Positions 1 through 12,177 are shown, numbered from the stretch's first letter. The stretch: DNA of 45,822 nt from Octopus bimaculoides (GCF_001194135.2 NC_068982.1:264150-309971); one strand, 5' to 3'. Translations and numbers: made by a program. Notes: generated by a model from the sequence alone, not told the origin.

Positions 1-356
1 ACCATTTTGAGCATGGCCGTTGCCAGTACCGCCTGACTGGCCTTCGTAGGATTTTCGAGCGAGATCGTTGCCAGTGCCCCTGAACTGGCTCTTGTGCGGG
101 TGGCACATAAAAGACACCATTTCGAGCGTGGCCGTTGCCAGTATCGCCTGACTAGCCTTCGTGCGGGTAACACATAAAAGCATCTACTACACTCTCTGAG
201 TGGTTGGCGTTAGGAAGGGCATCCAGCTGTAGAAACTCTGCCAAATTTAGATTGGAGCCTGGTGTTGCCATCCGGTTTCACCAGTCCTCAGTCAAATCGT
301 CCAACCCATGCTAGCATTGAAAGCGGACGTTAAATGATATGATGATGATGATGATG
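1..356 (+). mobile_element. RTE-LINE-associated 3' tail (tandem ~60-bp units, conserved GGAAGGGCATCCAGCTGTAGAAA module, (GAT)n end)
   Basis: The same module recurs throughout the window directly after RTE ORF ends. This copy retains its CpGs. Confidence 0.75.
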
Positions 357-963
357 AATTACAACTGGGTCAGAAAACTTCTTGAAAATAAAGCACCTGT
401 TACTTGACAGTTTCAAACTGCCTCAACTGCAACAACAACAACAATGGTAGCAAATGTTTACTCCCAAAGATGATGCAAAAATACAAAATGGTGATGCAAT
501 ACTTGCACAATGTAATTGTTTTCAAACTTATTTCAAGTATTTGACAGAATGACAAAAAAATTGACAAAAAAAAAGCAAAAGATTCGATTTAACAAAAGAC
601 GTCTGAGCACAAAAACAATAATTCTAAAGCTGTGAAAAAATGCTTCGGCCTGTTGAGGGTTGTTATAATTTAAACTAAATTCAAAATTTTAATTTTGGAA
701 CATATTCATTACTTAATTGTGAGGAAAATAAGACTAGTTTTCAATGTCTCACTGAAATAATGAAGTTTACAATGGCAATATATGTGTGTTTAATTATAAG
801 TGGTCAATCTAAGGTCACTGTTCAGTCATGTGTTGAAAGAAGGAATTTGAACTAGAGACAATAAATAACTGATGAGATTATTCTAACTACTTTGCTTGTC
901 ACAATAGATAACTTCATTCCAGCAATCTCTTTATCTAGCTTTATATACATTCATACTCAATAA

Positions 964-979
964 TCTCTCTCTCTCTCTG

Positions 980-1010
<31 letters not shown>
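964..1010 (+). repeat. (CT)n-(CA)n compound microsatellite
   Basis: Direct inspection. Confidence 0.9.
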
Positions 1011-1365
1011 GATACATACATACATTTTTCAGAGTCTTTTGTTGTTTTCCTTTTATCTGTAATTGTTCCCAAAGTAGCCACAATTAATTCCCAAAAGAAT
1101 TGTAGTTGCTTTGAGTCTGGATAACAAACTGTTTTTTAAATGAATGAATTGATATCAGAAATGCAGTTAAAATTATGGTTATTTTTTAAGATATGTTTCT
1201 TTATTGAAAGAGAACCTCTGCATGCAAAATTGCATCGAGGTGGAAGGGGCCTTCCTGTATTGAGTACTACATACCCTTCTTAGCAGGTGGAGACTAATAT
1301 CTAGCAGGAGCCTGGGACAATTGCCACCTTCGACCCCTTATAAATCCAGCCTTGGCTGTCCTCAT

Positions 1366-1597
1366 CCATACACATCATATAACCATACCAGTGCAGTTGT
1401 CTCTCTTACACACCACATCTAATGTCTCATGCCCAACTTTTCTCTCAAGACATTGCACATCCAGCAAAGCATACTAGCTTCATTTCTTGGAAGCCTTTGC
1501 GTGTCCTCTACAGTTACAGCCCATGTTTCACTGCTATGTAGTATGGCTATGCACACACTAGGCCTCATAAATCTGCCTTCACTCTGAGTGTAAACTA
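1366..1597 (-). mobile_element. RTE LINE ORF C-terminal fragment
   Basis: Translation contains LHSSETWAVTVED...RNEASMLCWMCNV, shared with other copies. Confidence 0.75.
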
Positions 1598-3557
1598 TGG
1601 ACACGTAAGAGGTACAGTGGTATCACAGGTAGGTTAACAGATAAAGTAGTCTTTGTATGTGGCAGATGTGCAGGAACAATAAGCACTAAGAGCACGCGGG
1701 AATAAGATTCTCTCAAAGGCCCAGAATGCTCTCTTGAGGTTGTAGATAGTTTCTGTTACCTAGGTGACTAAATTAGCAATGGTGGAGGATGTTCTGAAAG
1801 TATTGTTTTAGAATAAAAATTGGGTGGAGGAAGTCCAACAAAAGGACTCTCTCTCACAGTGAAAAGTAGATTGTATGATGCTTGTGTACAAATGGCTACA
1901 CTCCATGGTAGTGGGACATGGGCTCTGAATGCAGAAGACATACGTAGACTGGAGGGAAATGAAGATAGTATACTCCATTGGATGTGCAACATCAGTGCAC
2001 ATGTATGGCAAAGTGCAAATATACTGAGATAAAGGTTAGGGATAAGAAGAATCAAATGTAGCATGCAAGAGAGAAGACTACATTGGTTTGGACATGTGAT
2101 GTGTATGAAAGAGGACAACTGCATAAAGAAGTGCCCATCACTGAAAGTGGATGAGACCCACAGAGGGAGACCCAGGGAGACATGGAATGAAGTGGTAAGC
2201 ACCGATCTCAGAAAGTTGGACCTTACAGACGAAATGACAATGGACCAAGATGTCTGGTGATATGAAGTTCTTGAGAAGGCCCGCCTATACGAGTTAGCAA
2301 AACTGAGTTCTAAAAGCACTGTGTGGTCCTCCCACACTTCACAAGAAAACTTCCCACACACTCTACCACAACAAACCAAACTATGTCTCTACATCACTTC
2401 TCTTCCTCACATTTCCACTTCATGTCCTATGTTTACCTCTCACTCCCCAATCCTGTCCTCTTGGCCATGTGCCACTGTATCATTGCTCTCTCCTGGTCCC
2501 TGTCCTGCGCATTCTACTCACATGTCCTGCCTCACTCACTCTATTACTTCTGTCTACTTACTCCCGACTTGTGTGTTCCACCCACACATAACAAGAAAAC
2601 TTTTCCCTCACCCTACATCTGCTCTCCGCTTGCCCCTGACCTGTGCGTTCTACCCACATACCCTGTCTCACTCACTCTATTATTGCTATCTGCTTGTCCC
2701 TGACCTGGGTGTTCCACACATAACAAGAAAACTTTCCCTCACCCTACCCCAACAAATCAATCTACATCGTTCTTGCATTTCCTCCTTCATACACTTTGCC
2801 TAGCTCTCACTCCCCAACCCTGTCCTCACACCCCTGTTCCTCAGTATCATTGCTATCCGGTAGCCCCTCCAACTCTCTATATACCCAGGCCTTTCACCAC
2901 TTACACTCTTTAATCACACTCCCTTCGCAATATCCTGCCACTTACATTATGGGATCTGAACCTCAAGGGTTCGAACCCTGGCACTTGCCATCATCTATAC
3001 CTCTAGCTTCCTTTCCTCTAACATCCCATTATATTCTGATCCTCATCCCTTCTGAGTATGCCCAGCACTTTGCCACCATCTCTATCCTGCTGTCTCCCTC
3101 TTTCTTTCTCTCTCTCCCCTTCTCCTGCACTTCCCTCAGGTTGGGTAACCATGTATCTTCTTTGCAGTAGCACACCTGTTTCTGTCTTCCTTCTGGATCT
3201 TTCTTTCTCCGGCCAGGTAACCTTGTACTTCCTCGACAGCAAGACACCTCTATCTGTCTCACTATAACCTTTTCATCATCCCCTCCTCTTAAAGGTTTTC
3301 CTAAAAAGCTCTTGCAAGTACTTTGTGACTCTGTCAGTGCAAGTGACCCTTAAAAGCACCCAGTCTGCACTGTAATGTGGTTGGGGTTCGGAAGGGCATC
3401 CAGCTGTAAAAACCTTGCCGAAATTGACCTCATAGCCTCTGCTTGTGCCACATAAAAAGCACTAAGTCCATTCTGGTGAGTGTCTGGTGTTAGGAAGGGC
3501 ATCCAGCTGTAAAAATCCTGCCAATACAGTCACATGGATGTTAAATGACGATGATGA
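1598..3557 (+). mobile_element. 5'-truncated RTE LINE with a long pyrimidine-rich 3'UTR and (GAT)n tail
   Basis: Decayed ORF end (RLYDACVQ...LHGSGTW; RRLHWFGHV...GRPRETWNEVV), then CT-rich tandem ~130-bp units (2512-2750), then the conserved tail module at 3385-3557. Confidence 0.7.
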
Positions 3558-3742
3558 GTGTGTCCTGTAGAGAGACTACATAGAAGTTCTTGATAAAGTA
3601 ATTTAAGCATCTCAAACTGCTGAACAGTGTTTGACTGTCAAACAGTGTAGATTACTTTTATACAATAGGGACATAACAAAAAGTAATCTGCGGTACTTTA
3701 CCGTTGACATAGTGTCTATTAAATTTTATTCCCAGTAGTAAT

Positions 3743-3780
3743 GGTGGTGGTGGTGGTGATGGTGGTGGTGGTGGTGGTGG
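3743..3780 (+). repeat. (GGT)n microsatellite
   Basis: Direct inspection. Confidence 0.9.
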
Positions 3781-4168
3781 TAGTTGGTAAGCTTCTTGGT
3801 AACAGCTTGATACTGCCGAAACAGGCACCTATATATCTGTGGCTTTCGATTGGTTACGATTACCCAAAATTTGCAAACTTTAAAAACCATCAACTCTTTA
3901 TTTATTGATTTATGGCGAAAATGAATTTCACGTCAATGATTACATACAAAGCTACATCATTGAACCAAATATGAAATCAATTGGAAGTAGTAATAGTGGT
4001 GGTGGTGATGGTAGTGTTGTTGTTGTTGGTGGTATTAATAGTGAAACAAAAACAAAAATATTTTGTCCGGGAATGTTTTCTTTTTTTTTTTTTTGTACAC
4101 GGAACATTATAAATTAGTTCTCTTTCTATGCTAAACACCGTACAATTCAGAACAAACGCAGCGAACAA

Positions 4169-4232
4169 GGCGGGAAGTTATCAACGTATTTCTCTCTCTC
4201 TCTTTTCCATTTAATTACAAATCCTCTTTGAA
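4169..4232 (+). promoter_or_regulatory. E2F-like site (GGCGGGAA, 4169-4176) and CHR-like TTTGAA (4227-4232) upstream of the PMF1 ATG
   Basis: Short motif matches in a CpG-retaining region; fits a cell-cycle gene but could be chance. Confidence 0.3.
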
Positions 4233-4286
4233 TAGGTTATAATCTACCAGAAAATGAGTGATCCTTGTAAAGTAACCGAGCCAGCC

Positions 4287-4420
4287 ATGTCTTCCAACGA
4301 TATGCAAGATCAAAACTCAGAAGATAGCAGCGATAAAAGAAATAATCAAGTTAAACAAAAACGTTTTAAATTATTAAAAGATGCATTAGACAAAGTTTTC
4401 ACCAAAGTTGCGACTGGCAA
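4287..4420 (+). CDS. PMF1: PMF1/Nnf1 exon 1 (MSSNDMQ...RFKLLKDALDKVFTKVATG-K)
   Basis: GCC-ATG start and an open frame up to donor AA|GTGAGT (phase 2). RFKLLKDALDKVFTKV resembles the human PMF1 segment RVKLLDTMVDTFLQKL. Confidence 0.85.
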
Positions 4421-4769
4421 GTGAGTTCAAAAATTTCCCTCTTGCTAATGATTTATTTTCTCTTTGCGCTTAAAAGACTTTTTTTCCAGACAAAGAGCAA
4501 TACATTATTTGCTTTGAAGTTCAACGTTTGGGACAGAAACTTTGGTCAGATCACACATTTAAATATAGACATTTCATCATGACAAAATAATTGACTCCAC
4601 TTTGTGAACTTTTTGCCCCATCACTAGACTACTGTTTCGCTTTTACGTTATTTTAAACACATATTGATTCTTTTGTAAATAAGGAATTTGAATTCTTCGC
4701 TGATGAAATCATAAGGTAGAACTATGCTCAAAATTACCTCCCGTCCTTCACCAATAGGGGCTTAATGCA

Positions 4770-5560
4770 GTTTCGCACCTCGTCTTGAAAAATGCATTTT
4801 TTTGAAAAGTTTTTTTTTCATATTCCGGTCAAATGTTTCAGATGTCGGAGATTACGAATATACAAAAAAAAAATTACCCCTCCCTCCCATTTAAAATTTC
4901 GAACTTTTTCGAAACTTTTTTTTCCCCTATGTTTTTAGATGACGGAGATTCCGAATATGCAAGAAACCATGTTTTGAAACTTTTAAATTCACTAAGCATA
5001 TAAATAGGTGTATAAAGAGATAGATAGATAGATATGAATGTCTTCCTGGGGCTAAAAACAACAGTAACACCGTCCTCTATAGGACCGCCACATTTAGGTG
5101 ACAAATATATTTTATGAATAAATAGACAAATAAATAAATGGATGAAAAGGTTCAAGATTTAAAATTGGGGGAGGTGAAATTTGAGCCCCTTATTAAACTT
5201 CATAACATTGAATTATTAAATATTTTAATGATGTTTGTTTCTCATAAAATGGTGTATAATATAATTTACATTATATTGTTATTTACCATTATTTAAGGCA
5301 AACAAAAGTAAAACGCAAATTCTTTTCCCTTTAATGATTTTGTATTTAATTTCGATTTGCAATATGTTCGTCAGTTCACTAAAATCTCTTTAAAGTAAAC
5401 AAAATCAAAAATTTGAATTGAGGGTGGGATGGGAAGAGATGGAGGTGAATGAAATTAAATTTTTTTTTTAATGCATATTCGTAATCTCTGACATCTAAAA
5501 CGTAGGAATCCGAAAAAAGTTTTTCAAAAAAGTGCATTTTTCAAAGAAAGGTGTATCACA
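4770..5560. mobile_element. Foldback/MITE-like element with long imperfect terminal inverted repeats
   Basis: GAAAAATGCATTTTTTTTGAAAA...AGATGTCGGAGATTACGAATAT (about 4786-4861) is mirrored at about 5473-5545; a direct internal copy lies at 4937-4960. Confidence 0.55.
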
Positions 5561-5815
5561 TTCAAGACACATCGGTTTTAAGTCTACAGATACAAAACCC
5601 AACATAAAATCTTTGTAGTTCCTCAGTTTTGCCTTTTTAGCAGTTGGTTCAGACATTATTACAACTGATCTTTAAAAAAAAATAAAAACTTTATTTCTAA
5701 TAATTAAAAATATCAAATTTATTATTAAACTTGTGATTATAAAATTTAAATTATGTAATTGTTGATTGTAATATATTATTGTTTATATATTATACATTAT
5801 TGATTCTTATGGAAT

Positions 5816-5865
5816 TATAGGAAAGTTGGTTATACATCATTAGATGTATACCTGACTTTCCTATA
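5816..5865. repeat. 23-bp-stem hairpin with a 4-nt loop
   Basis: TATAGGAAAGTTGGTTATACATC-atta-GATGTATACCTGACTTTCCTATA. Confidence 0.8.
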
Positions 5866-6350
5866 TAAAATTAGAAATATGACGGAACGCTGAACTCCAG
5901 ACTATCAACTTAAACAACATTTTATTCAGGTGGTAAATATATACATCTTTAGCTCTTGTTTTTACAGCTTCTATGTGTGTGAGCATAGTTGTTGGGACGT
6001 TGTTATGTAAGTGAGCTGTCGAGTGTAAGTCCGAAAGATGGAGAGTGACAGCTATACACGTAAAGAGACTGTCTCCAGAGTTGGGTGTTGGTTGTAGAGA
6101 CACTCTTGACACGTCCATGCTCATGGTCGGCCGACCGTAAAAGAGATAGAATTAAGCGGGAACGCTTGCTTGTTTAATTCCACGCATGCGTGAGACTACG
6201 CATGTGCACGGCGTTACTACAGAATAATTACTGAATTTTGTTTTCTTATTATTCTGTCTTCATATAAATCATTATTAACTAACAGTGTCTTTATTATCGA
6301 ACAATATTGTGTAGATCTGAAATGGCTTCAATTTTTTTATGGTTACAAAT

Positions 6351-6378
6351 TCTCTGGGGACCACGTTGGGAATCACTG
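6351..6378. mobile_element. Possible hAT-type terminal sequence (…CCACGTTGGGAATCACTG)
   Basis: The reverse complement CAGTGATTCCCAAC resembles hAT/Charlie termini; the partner end was not found. Confidence 0.3.
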
Positions 6379-6848
6379 CTGTAAAACATTCAATACAACT
6401 CTTCCTATTCCCCCCACCACTAGGCTTGTTAACTTGCTTATTGGTGACTGAAAGAACTTAAAGTGATTAACCGAAAATATTAAACAAACTAGGAAAGTAT
6501 CAGATGGTTGTGAGATGTGCTAAAAACAACAGCTAAATCGCCCTTAACTTTTTTTCCATAGCACTCAAAAAATAATTTCTTTTTAAACAGTTTGCTGGCA
6601 CAAATTTATGGGATCTTTTTTAAAACGGGGGCCACATTTTTCATTAACGAAACACTTTGAAACTTGGAACACTGGTAGAATGTGTCATATAAAACATCTT
6701 TTTCTCTTAGTCTTCTTAAAAAGAAAAGAAATCAATAAGTTATTCCATGTTAAAGTTGTCGTATTTCTGTAATTTCAACCAATCACTGACGTCCATTCAG
6801 CCGATATACATTAAGTGCCGACTACATAAACAAACGATCCTGAAACAA

Positions 6849-6888
6849 TTAACCCTAACCCTAACCCTAGGGTTAGAGTTAGGGTTAA
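6849..6888. repeat. Palindromic interstitial telomere-like repeat (CCCTAA)3-(TTAGGG)3
   Basis: TTAACCCTAACCCTAACCCT|AGGGTTAGAGTTAGGGTTAA: 20-bp arms with 1 mismatch. Confidence 0.85.
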
Positions 6889-6948
6889 AGCAAATTTAAA
6901 ATGAAAAAAGCAAATAAAACGAAGGTATGGAGATTAAATACGCTTTAC

Positions 6949-7589
6949 NNNNNNNNNNNNNNNNNNNNNNNNNNNNNNNNNNNNNNNNNNNNNNNNNNNN
7001 NNNNNNNNNNNNNNNNNNNNNNNNNNNNNNNNNNNNNNNNNNNNNNNNNNNNNNNNNNNNNNNNNNNNNNNNNNNNNNNNNNNNNNNNNNNNNNNNNNNN
7101 NNNNNNNNNNNNNNNNNNNNNNNNNNNNNNNNNNNNNNNNNNNNNNNNNNNNNNNNNNNNNNNNNNNNNNNNNNNNNNNNNNNNNNNNNNNNNNNNNNNN
7201 NNNNNNNNNNNNNNNNNNNNNNNNNNNNNNNNNNNNNNNNNNNNNNNNNNNNNNNNNNNNNNNNNNNNNNNNNNNNNNNNNNNNNNNNNNNNNNNNNNNN
7301 NNNNNNNNNNNNNNNNNNNNNNNNNNNNNNNNNNNNNNNNNNNNNNNNNNNNNNNNNNNNNNNNNNNNNNNNNNNNNNNNNNNNNNNNNNNNNNNNNNNN
7401 NNNNNNNNNNNNNNNNNNNNNNNNNNNNNNNNNNNNNNNNNNNNNNNNNNNNNNNNNNNNNNNNNNNNNNNNNNNNNNNNNNNNNNNNNNNNNNNNNNNN
7501 NNNNNNNNNNNNNNNNNNNNNNNNNNNNNNNNNNNNNNNNNNNNNNNNNNNNNNNNNNNNNNNNNNNNNNNNNNNNNNNNNNNNNNNNN
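6949..7589. other. Assembly gap
   Basis: N run. Other gaps: 10421-10500, 13784-14530, 19170-19179, 21884-21893, 34069-34128, 42154-42163. Confidence 1.
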
Positions 7590-7669
7590 AAAAAAAAAAA
7601 AAAAAGATTCTGAATTCATTTGGAAACTAAGGCACAATGAATATTGAGAACAAAGTGACATTTTGAATA

Positions 7670-8668
7670 CCTTATATGCTGGTGTATAATCTGACTGGCT
7701 GTACAAGACAACCCCCATTTATAAAGTGGGTTTTGAGCTATACTTGCTGTATAAGACTACCCCAAGCTTTTGCAGGAAATAGCTTGGGTGCCTAGCTAAG
7801 GGAGTCCGGTGAGCTGTAGCTTCCCCAGTGACCCTCAAAAGCCTCTGTTTTTGTTGTGCTTCACTGGCATTCTAATTGTGTTTCAATCAGTAAACTTTGT
7901 ATGCAACAATTCTGCAGTCTTGGTTGTTTAAAATTTATCAAGTTCTTTTCAAAAAGTGACCAAATAATGTAATTTACCGATTACGATACGCATCAAACAT
8001 ACCAGGTTGGTGTAAGCACTACCGTAGTGACATTACTTAACTGTCGGTTATTTTACAGGAACTAACATAGTGTTAAGTATACCACAATAACACCATTTAC
8101 TTGAAATGGATTTACAGTAAATGTTAGTCTGAAAATGTTTAAAAATAACCAATAACTAAAGTTTATTGTCATTGGTCTGATTGACACAAAATGGCCAGTC
8201 ACTGAAAGTACAAGTTGCTAATCTGTTGTAACGGGTTGGTTAATTACGGTAAACTACACTTGTCCTGAAAGCCGTCGGCTGACTGAGCACTGCATGAGTG
8301 AGCGCTCTAACAAGGCAGTGGAAACAGAATGGACCCTGGGACTGGCTGGACAGCAGGCTGATTGTTTACATTTTCTGTGTTTTCAGCTGTTGCAAATAGT
8401 AATTGGTCTCTGTCCACTAGGTTTGCTGTGCTGTTATTTTAATATCTTATTGTTAATCCAGTTTCCCAAACATCCATGTAAGTATCAGTAGAAAATAATG
8501 AGTTGTAGAACCATAGGATGTCTGGGAGTGTTTTACGCTGTTCTCCATTGCCGTTGGTGCTACTTTAAACCACAGGAAGTTACGGTTCAGATTTTATAAG
8601 ACAACCCCTAGTTTCAGGGTGATTTCTTTAAAATTCAAATTCCATCCTGTACGCTGGTATATATATGG
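7670..8668. mobile_element. Non-autonomous Tc2/pogo-like DNA transposon
   Basis: TA-CCTTATATGCTGGTGTATAA ... CTGTACGCTGGTATATATATGG-TA degenerate TIRs; TATAAGACAACCCC-type subterminal repeats near 7713, 7750 and 8595. Confidence 0.5.
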
Positions 8669-8789
8669 TATACGTAGAAGTATGTCTAAGTATATGTATA
8701 GTTATATTTGAGTATATTATGTAGTTGTGTGTGATGCTATCTTCCTGGCAGGGTAACTGCAAGAGAAGGATTTAGCTAAAAATAAATTG

Positions 8790-11044
8790 CTATACTTGGC
8801 ATTTCACAACGTAAAGAAACCCTTTGACAAGGTCCCTTACTCTCTGATCTTGTGATCAATGTAAAAGCTAGGGGTAGATGAGGGACTGATGACAGCCATC
8901 CAAGCCAACTATAGGGATGCTTTCAGTAAGGTGAATGTCAGCAATGAGTATAGCAACAAATCTAGTGTGCAGGCTGGAATTCACCAAGGATCAGTTTTCA
9001 CTCCTGTCTTATTGAACATAGTCCTCCTGGCCATAAAAGAGGAATTTAAAACTGAGTTGGGAGTTCCTCTCTACACAAATGACCTTGTTCTTATAACTGA
9101 ATTTCTAGAAGTAGAGTAGAAATTTCAGGGGAGGAAGCAAGAACTGGAATCAAAGGGCCTTAAAGTTAATTTAGCAAGGACCAAAGTACTACTTAGCAGA
9201 AAAGCAGGTAAATTATGAATCCCTTCAGGTTAATGGCCCTGGTCAATATGTAATAAAAAAGCGTGGGTAGAAATTCCATACAGTGTACTCAGTGCAAGCA
9301 ATGGATACGAGAGGTGCAGTGGAATCACAAGAAGATTAGCAGAGAAAGTAGTCTTTGTGTATGTCAGATGTACAAAAACTACAAACACTAAGAACACACA
9401 GGAAATAGATTTCCTCCAATGCCTACAAAATCCTTAGAGATAGTAAACAGTTTTATTTACATAGGTGACGAAATGAACAGTGGTGGAGGATGCTCTGAAA
9501 GCAGAGTTGCTAGAATTCGAACCAGTTGGGCAAAGTTCAAGAAGCTGTTACCTTTGTTGGTAATAAGGAGTCTCTTGCTCAGATTGAAAGTAGATTGTAT
9601 GATGCCTCTGTATAAACAGCTATGCTACATGGTAGTGAAAAATGGGCTGTGAATGCAAATGTCATGTAAAGGCTTGAAAGAAAGGAAACCAGCTTTCTTC
9701 ACTGGATGTGCAATGTTAGTGTGTATGTATGACAAAGTGTGTTTTTGAGAGGAAAATTGGGTACCAGAAGTATCGGATGTAGTGTGCAAGAGAGAAGACT
9801 GTGCTGGTGTGGTCATGTGATGTGCATGGATTAAAACAGCTACATAAAGAATTGCCAATCTCTAAATATGGAGGGAACCTGTGGAAGAGATGGGATGAAG
9901 TGGTGAAAAATGACCTTTAGATGCTGAAACTCACAGACGAAATGATGAAGGACTGAGACAATTGGCAATTATCTGTGCTTGAAAAGATCTGCCCAGCAGA
10001 GATCAAAAAACCATATCGTTTATGTTCAGACTCCCACATAGAATTTGTCTTTGACAAACACCTCTTCCCAACACATCCCCTCCTCCCACCCGATGTTCAC
10101 CACTCACTGTTTTCCCCCTCCCACTCTCCATTGCAAACCTCTCTGCACACAATGTCTTGTTCCTGTCAAATCTCTTCCCCCCTTCAACATTTCCTCCAAA
10201 TACCCCCCTCCCTCTATTTGTGTCCACTTGATACATTCCCCTCCCCTTCATTTCCCACTCCCCTGTTGCTCCCTGACAACTTACCTAACCACTCACCCTA
10301 TCTAATCCATGGCCCATTCCACTTTATACATTTCCCTATAATTTAAGTTATACACCTTATCACATCTCTCTCTCTCTCTCCCTCTCTCTCTCTCCCTCTC
10401 TCTCTCTCCCTCTCTCTCTCNNNNNNNNNNNNNNNNNNNNNNNNNNNNNNNNNNNNNNNNNNNNNNNNNNNNNNNNNNNNNNNNNNNNNNNNNNNNNNNN
10501 TCTCTCTCTCTTCCCCTCTCTCTCCCTCCCCCCCCCTCTCCTGCAAGATGTCTATTTCTCTCCTGTTCATTCTCTTCTTCTCATTCAGCACAAAGCCATC
10601 TTCCTCCCCAGAATTACTCCCCTCCTCTCAACTGAGGGATCTTGTCTTGCATCTTACTTGGTGACCTCATTGCTGCTGGTGCTGCATCAAAAAGGTGCAC
10701 CCAGTACACCCTGTACAGAGGCGTCATAACAATCTGCCTTTCACTCTGAAAGAGAGGCCCTTTCTTACCAACAAACCTAATAGCTCTCTGAACTTTGCCC
10801 AGCTCGTTCTAATTCTAGCAACTGTAATTTCAGAGCATCCTCCTCTGGTGTTAATTTGGCCTCCCTAGGGAAAGAAACCTATCTGCCACTTGTAAAGTAA
10901 TTGGTGTTAGGAAGGACATCTTGTTCTAGAAACCATGCCAAAGTTTAGGAGAGCTTTCTGCATTGTTCTGACTTGTCATCTGTCAGACAGTCAGACCCAT
11001 GCCAGCAGGAAAGGAGGATGTTAAATGATGATGATGATGTTGAT
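8790..11044 (+). mobile_element. Decayed RTE LINE (RT domain to 3' tail), with a nested inverted RTE piece at about 10720-10860
   Basis: KPFDKVP, GIHQGSV..P.L, LYTNDL (YADD site), LEIVNSF.YIGD, then a CT-rich UTR and (GAT)n tail. Confidence 0.75.
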
Positions 11045-11149
11045 GTGTGTATTTGTATAGCTATAGGCGTGTGTATATGTATATGTATAATCCTTCAATT
11101 CTTTAAAGTGTTTCAGCTTTAAAGTTGCGGTCATGCTGGGGCACCAACG

Positions 11150-12085
11150 TTGGCTGTGCTACACAATTATTTGGAACCTCCGCTGATGTGTGGCATTTGG
11201 TGAATGAGGGAGTTTGATGCTGCTGCCCTCATCTGTGTTTCTGCTGTGAAGTAGGCTCATCTGGAACCCTTGACAGGAGGAGATCCAGTTTTGTTTTGCA
11301 GGTCTCTCAGGCATTTTGGAAGGATATTGAAGAGCTGTGTGTCCTTGAAACCCAATTCGTTGCAGTATCTGGTCCTGTATCTTGATGGTGATGCTGGGAT
11401 CTTTGGCACTATGCAGTGGCACCCCGTTTTGCTGTTTGTATAACTTTCAATGTACCAAAAGTTTGGTACAAAGCCTTCCAGGATTTTGAAGATATATATC
11501 ACTGCATATCTTTACTGCTTTTGTTTGAGGGAGAACAGTTTTAATTCTTAACTCTTTCAGTTTTTCCTAGTCGCTGATACATTGTATTGAGACGATTTTC
11601 TTTGTGTATCTTCATTGGATTGCTTTGAGTTCCACCGTTAATTTTATATTGTGTGGTGACCATAGTTGAGAGCAGTAGTCCAAGCTGCTGAGGACATTTG
11701 TCCCCCAAAGGACCATCATTGTCTCCTTTTCTCTTGTTTTGAAAGTTCGGAGGATCCATTCATCCTGCATTGTATTACCAAATTAGTGATATGCACCCGG
11801 AAAGATGCATCATTGCTCATGTCATGCACTGATTTTGATTCAAAGATTGCACTTCTTCCCAGGCCAATGTATCCTGTCTGTGTGTCATTCAGCTTTGTGT
11901 GCTGGTGGTGCAGGATTTGGAATTTTCCTGCATTAAACTGCATGTTGTCCTCAGTCCACTTGTATATTGTGTGCAACTCCTGTTGCAGAGGCGCAATATT
12001 TCCAGGATTTTGTTTTGCCTGAGAGACTTTTGTGTCATCTGCCGAGCGAGCGAGGGTGGCTGAGCAGCTGATGACATGGCTGAGA
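11150..12085 (-). mobile_element. CR1/L2-type LINE RT C-terminal fragment
   Basis: ADDTKV...LQQELHTIYKWTEDNMQFNAGKFQILH and IYIFKILEG are CR1-clade motifs; frameshifted. Confidence 0.75.
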
Positions 12086-12176
12086 GGGCCACTGTGTATG
12101 CATATAGTTGTGTGTGTGTGAGTATAATCATATGTATGTGTGCATTGAGCATGTGTACAGCTGTTTGTGTGTGCAT

Positions 12177-12177
<1 letters not shown>

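Noticed and set aside
1-180. CRISPR-like spaced repeats in the RTE tails
   Set aside because: The units are diverged tandem copies without unique spacers, dispersed genome-wide, with no cas genes, in a eukaryotic context.
1768-3267. Multiple 60-200 aa ORFs
   Set aside because: They are antisense or alternative frames of RTE sequence and CT-rich low-complexity UTR.
6849-6888. Chromosome end-to-end fusion scar
   Set aside because: Wrong repeat orientation and only about 3 units per arm.
6901-7718. Long ORFs in the track (also 13718-14694)
   Set aside because: They are composed of X from N gaps; only the flanks at 13.7-14.7 kb are real mariner sequence.
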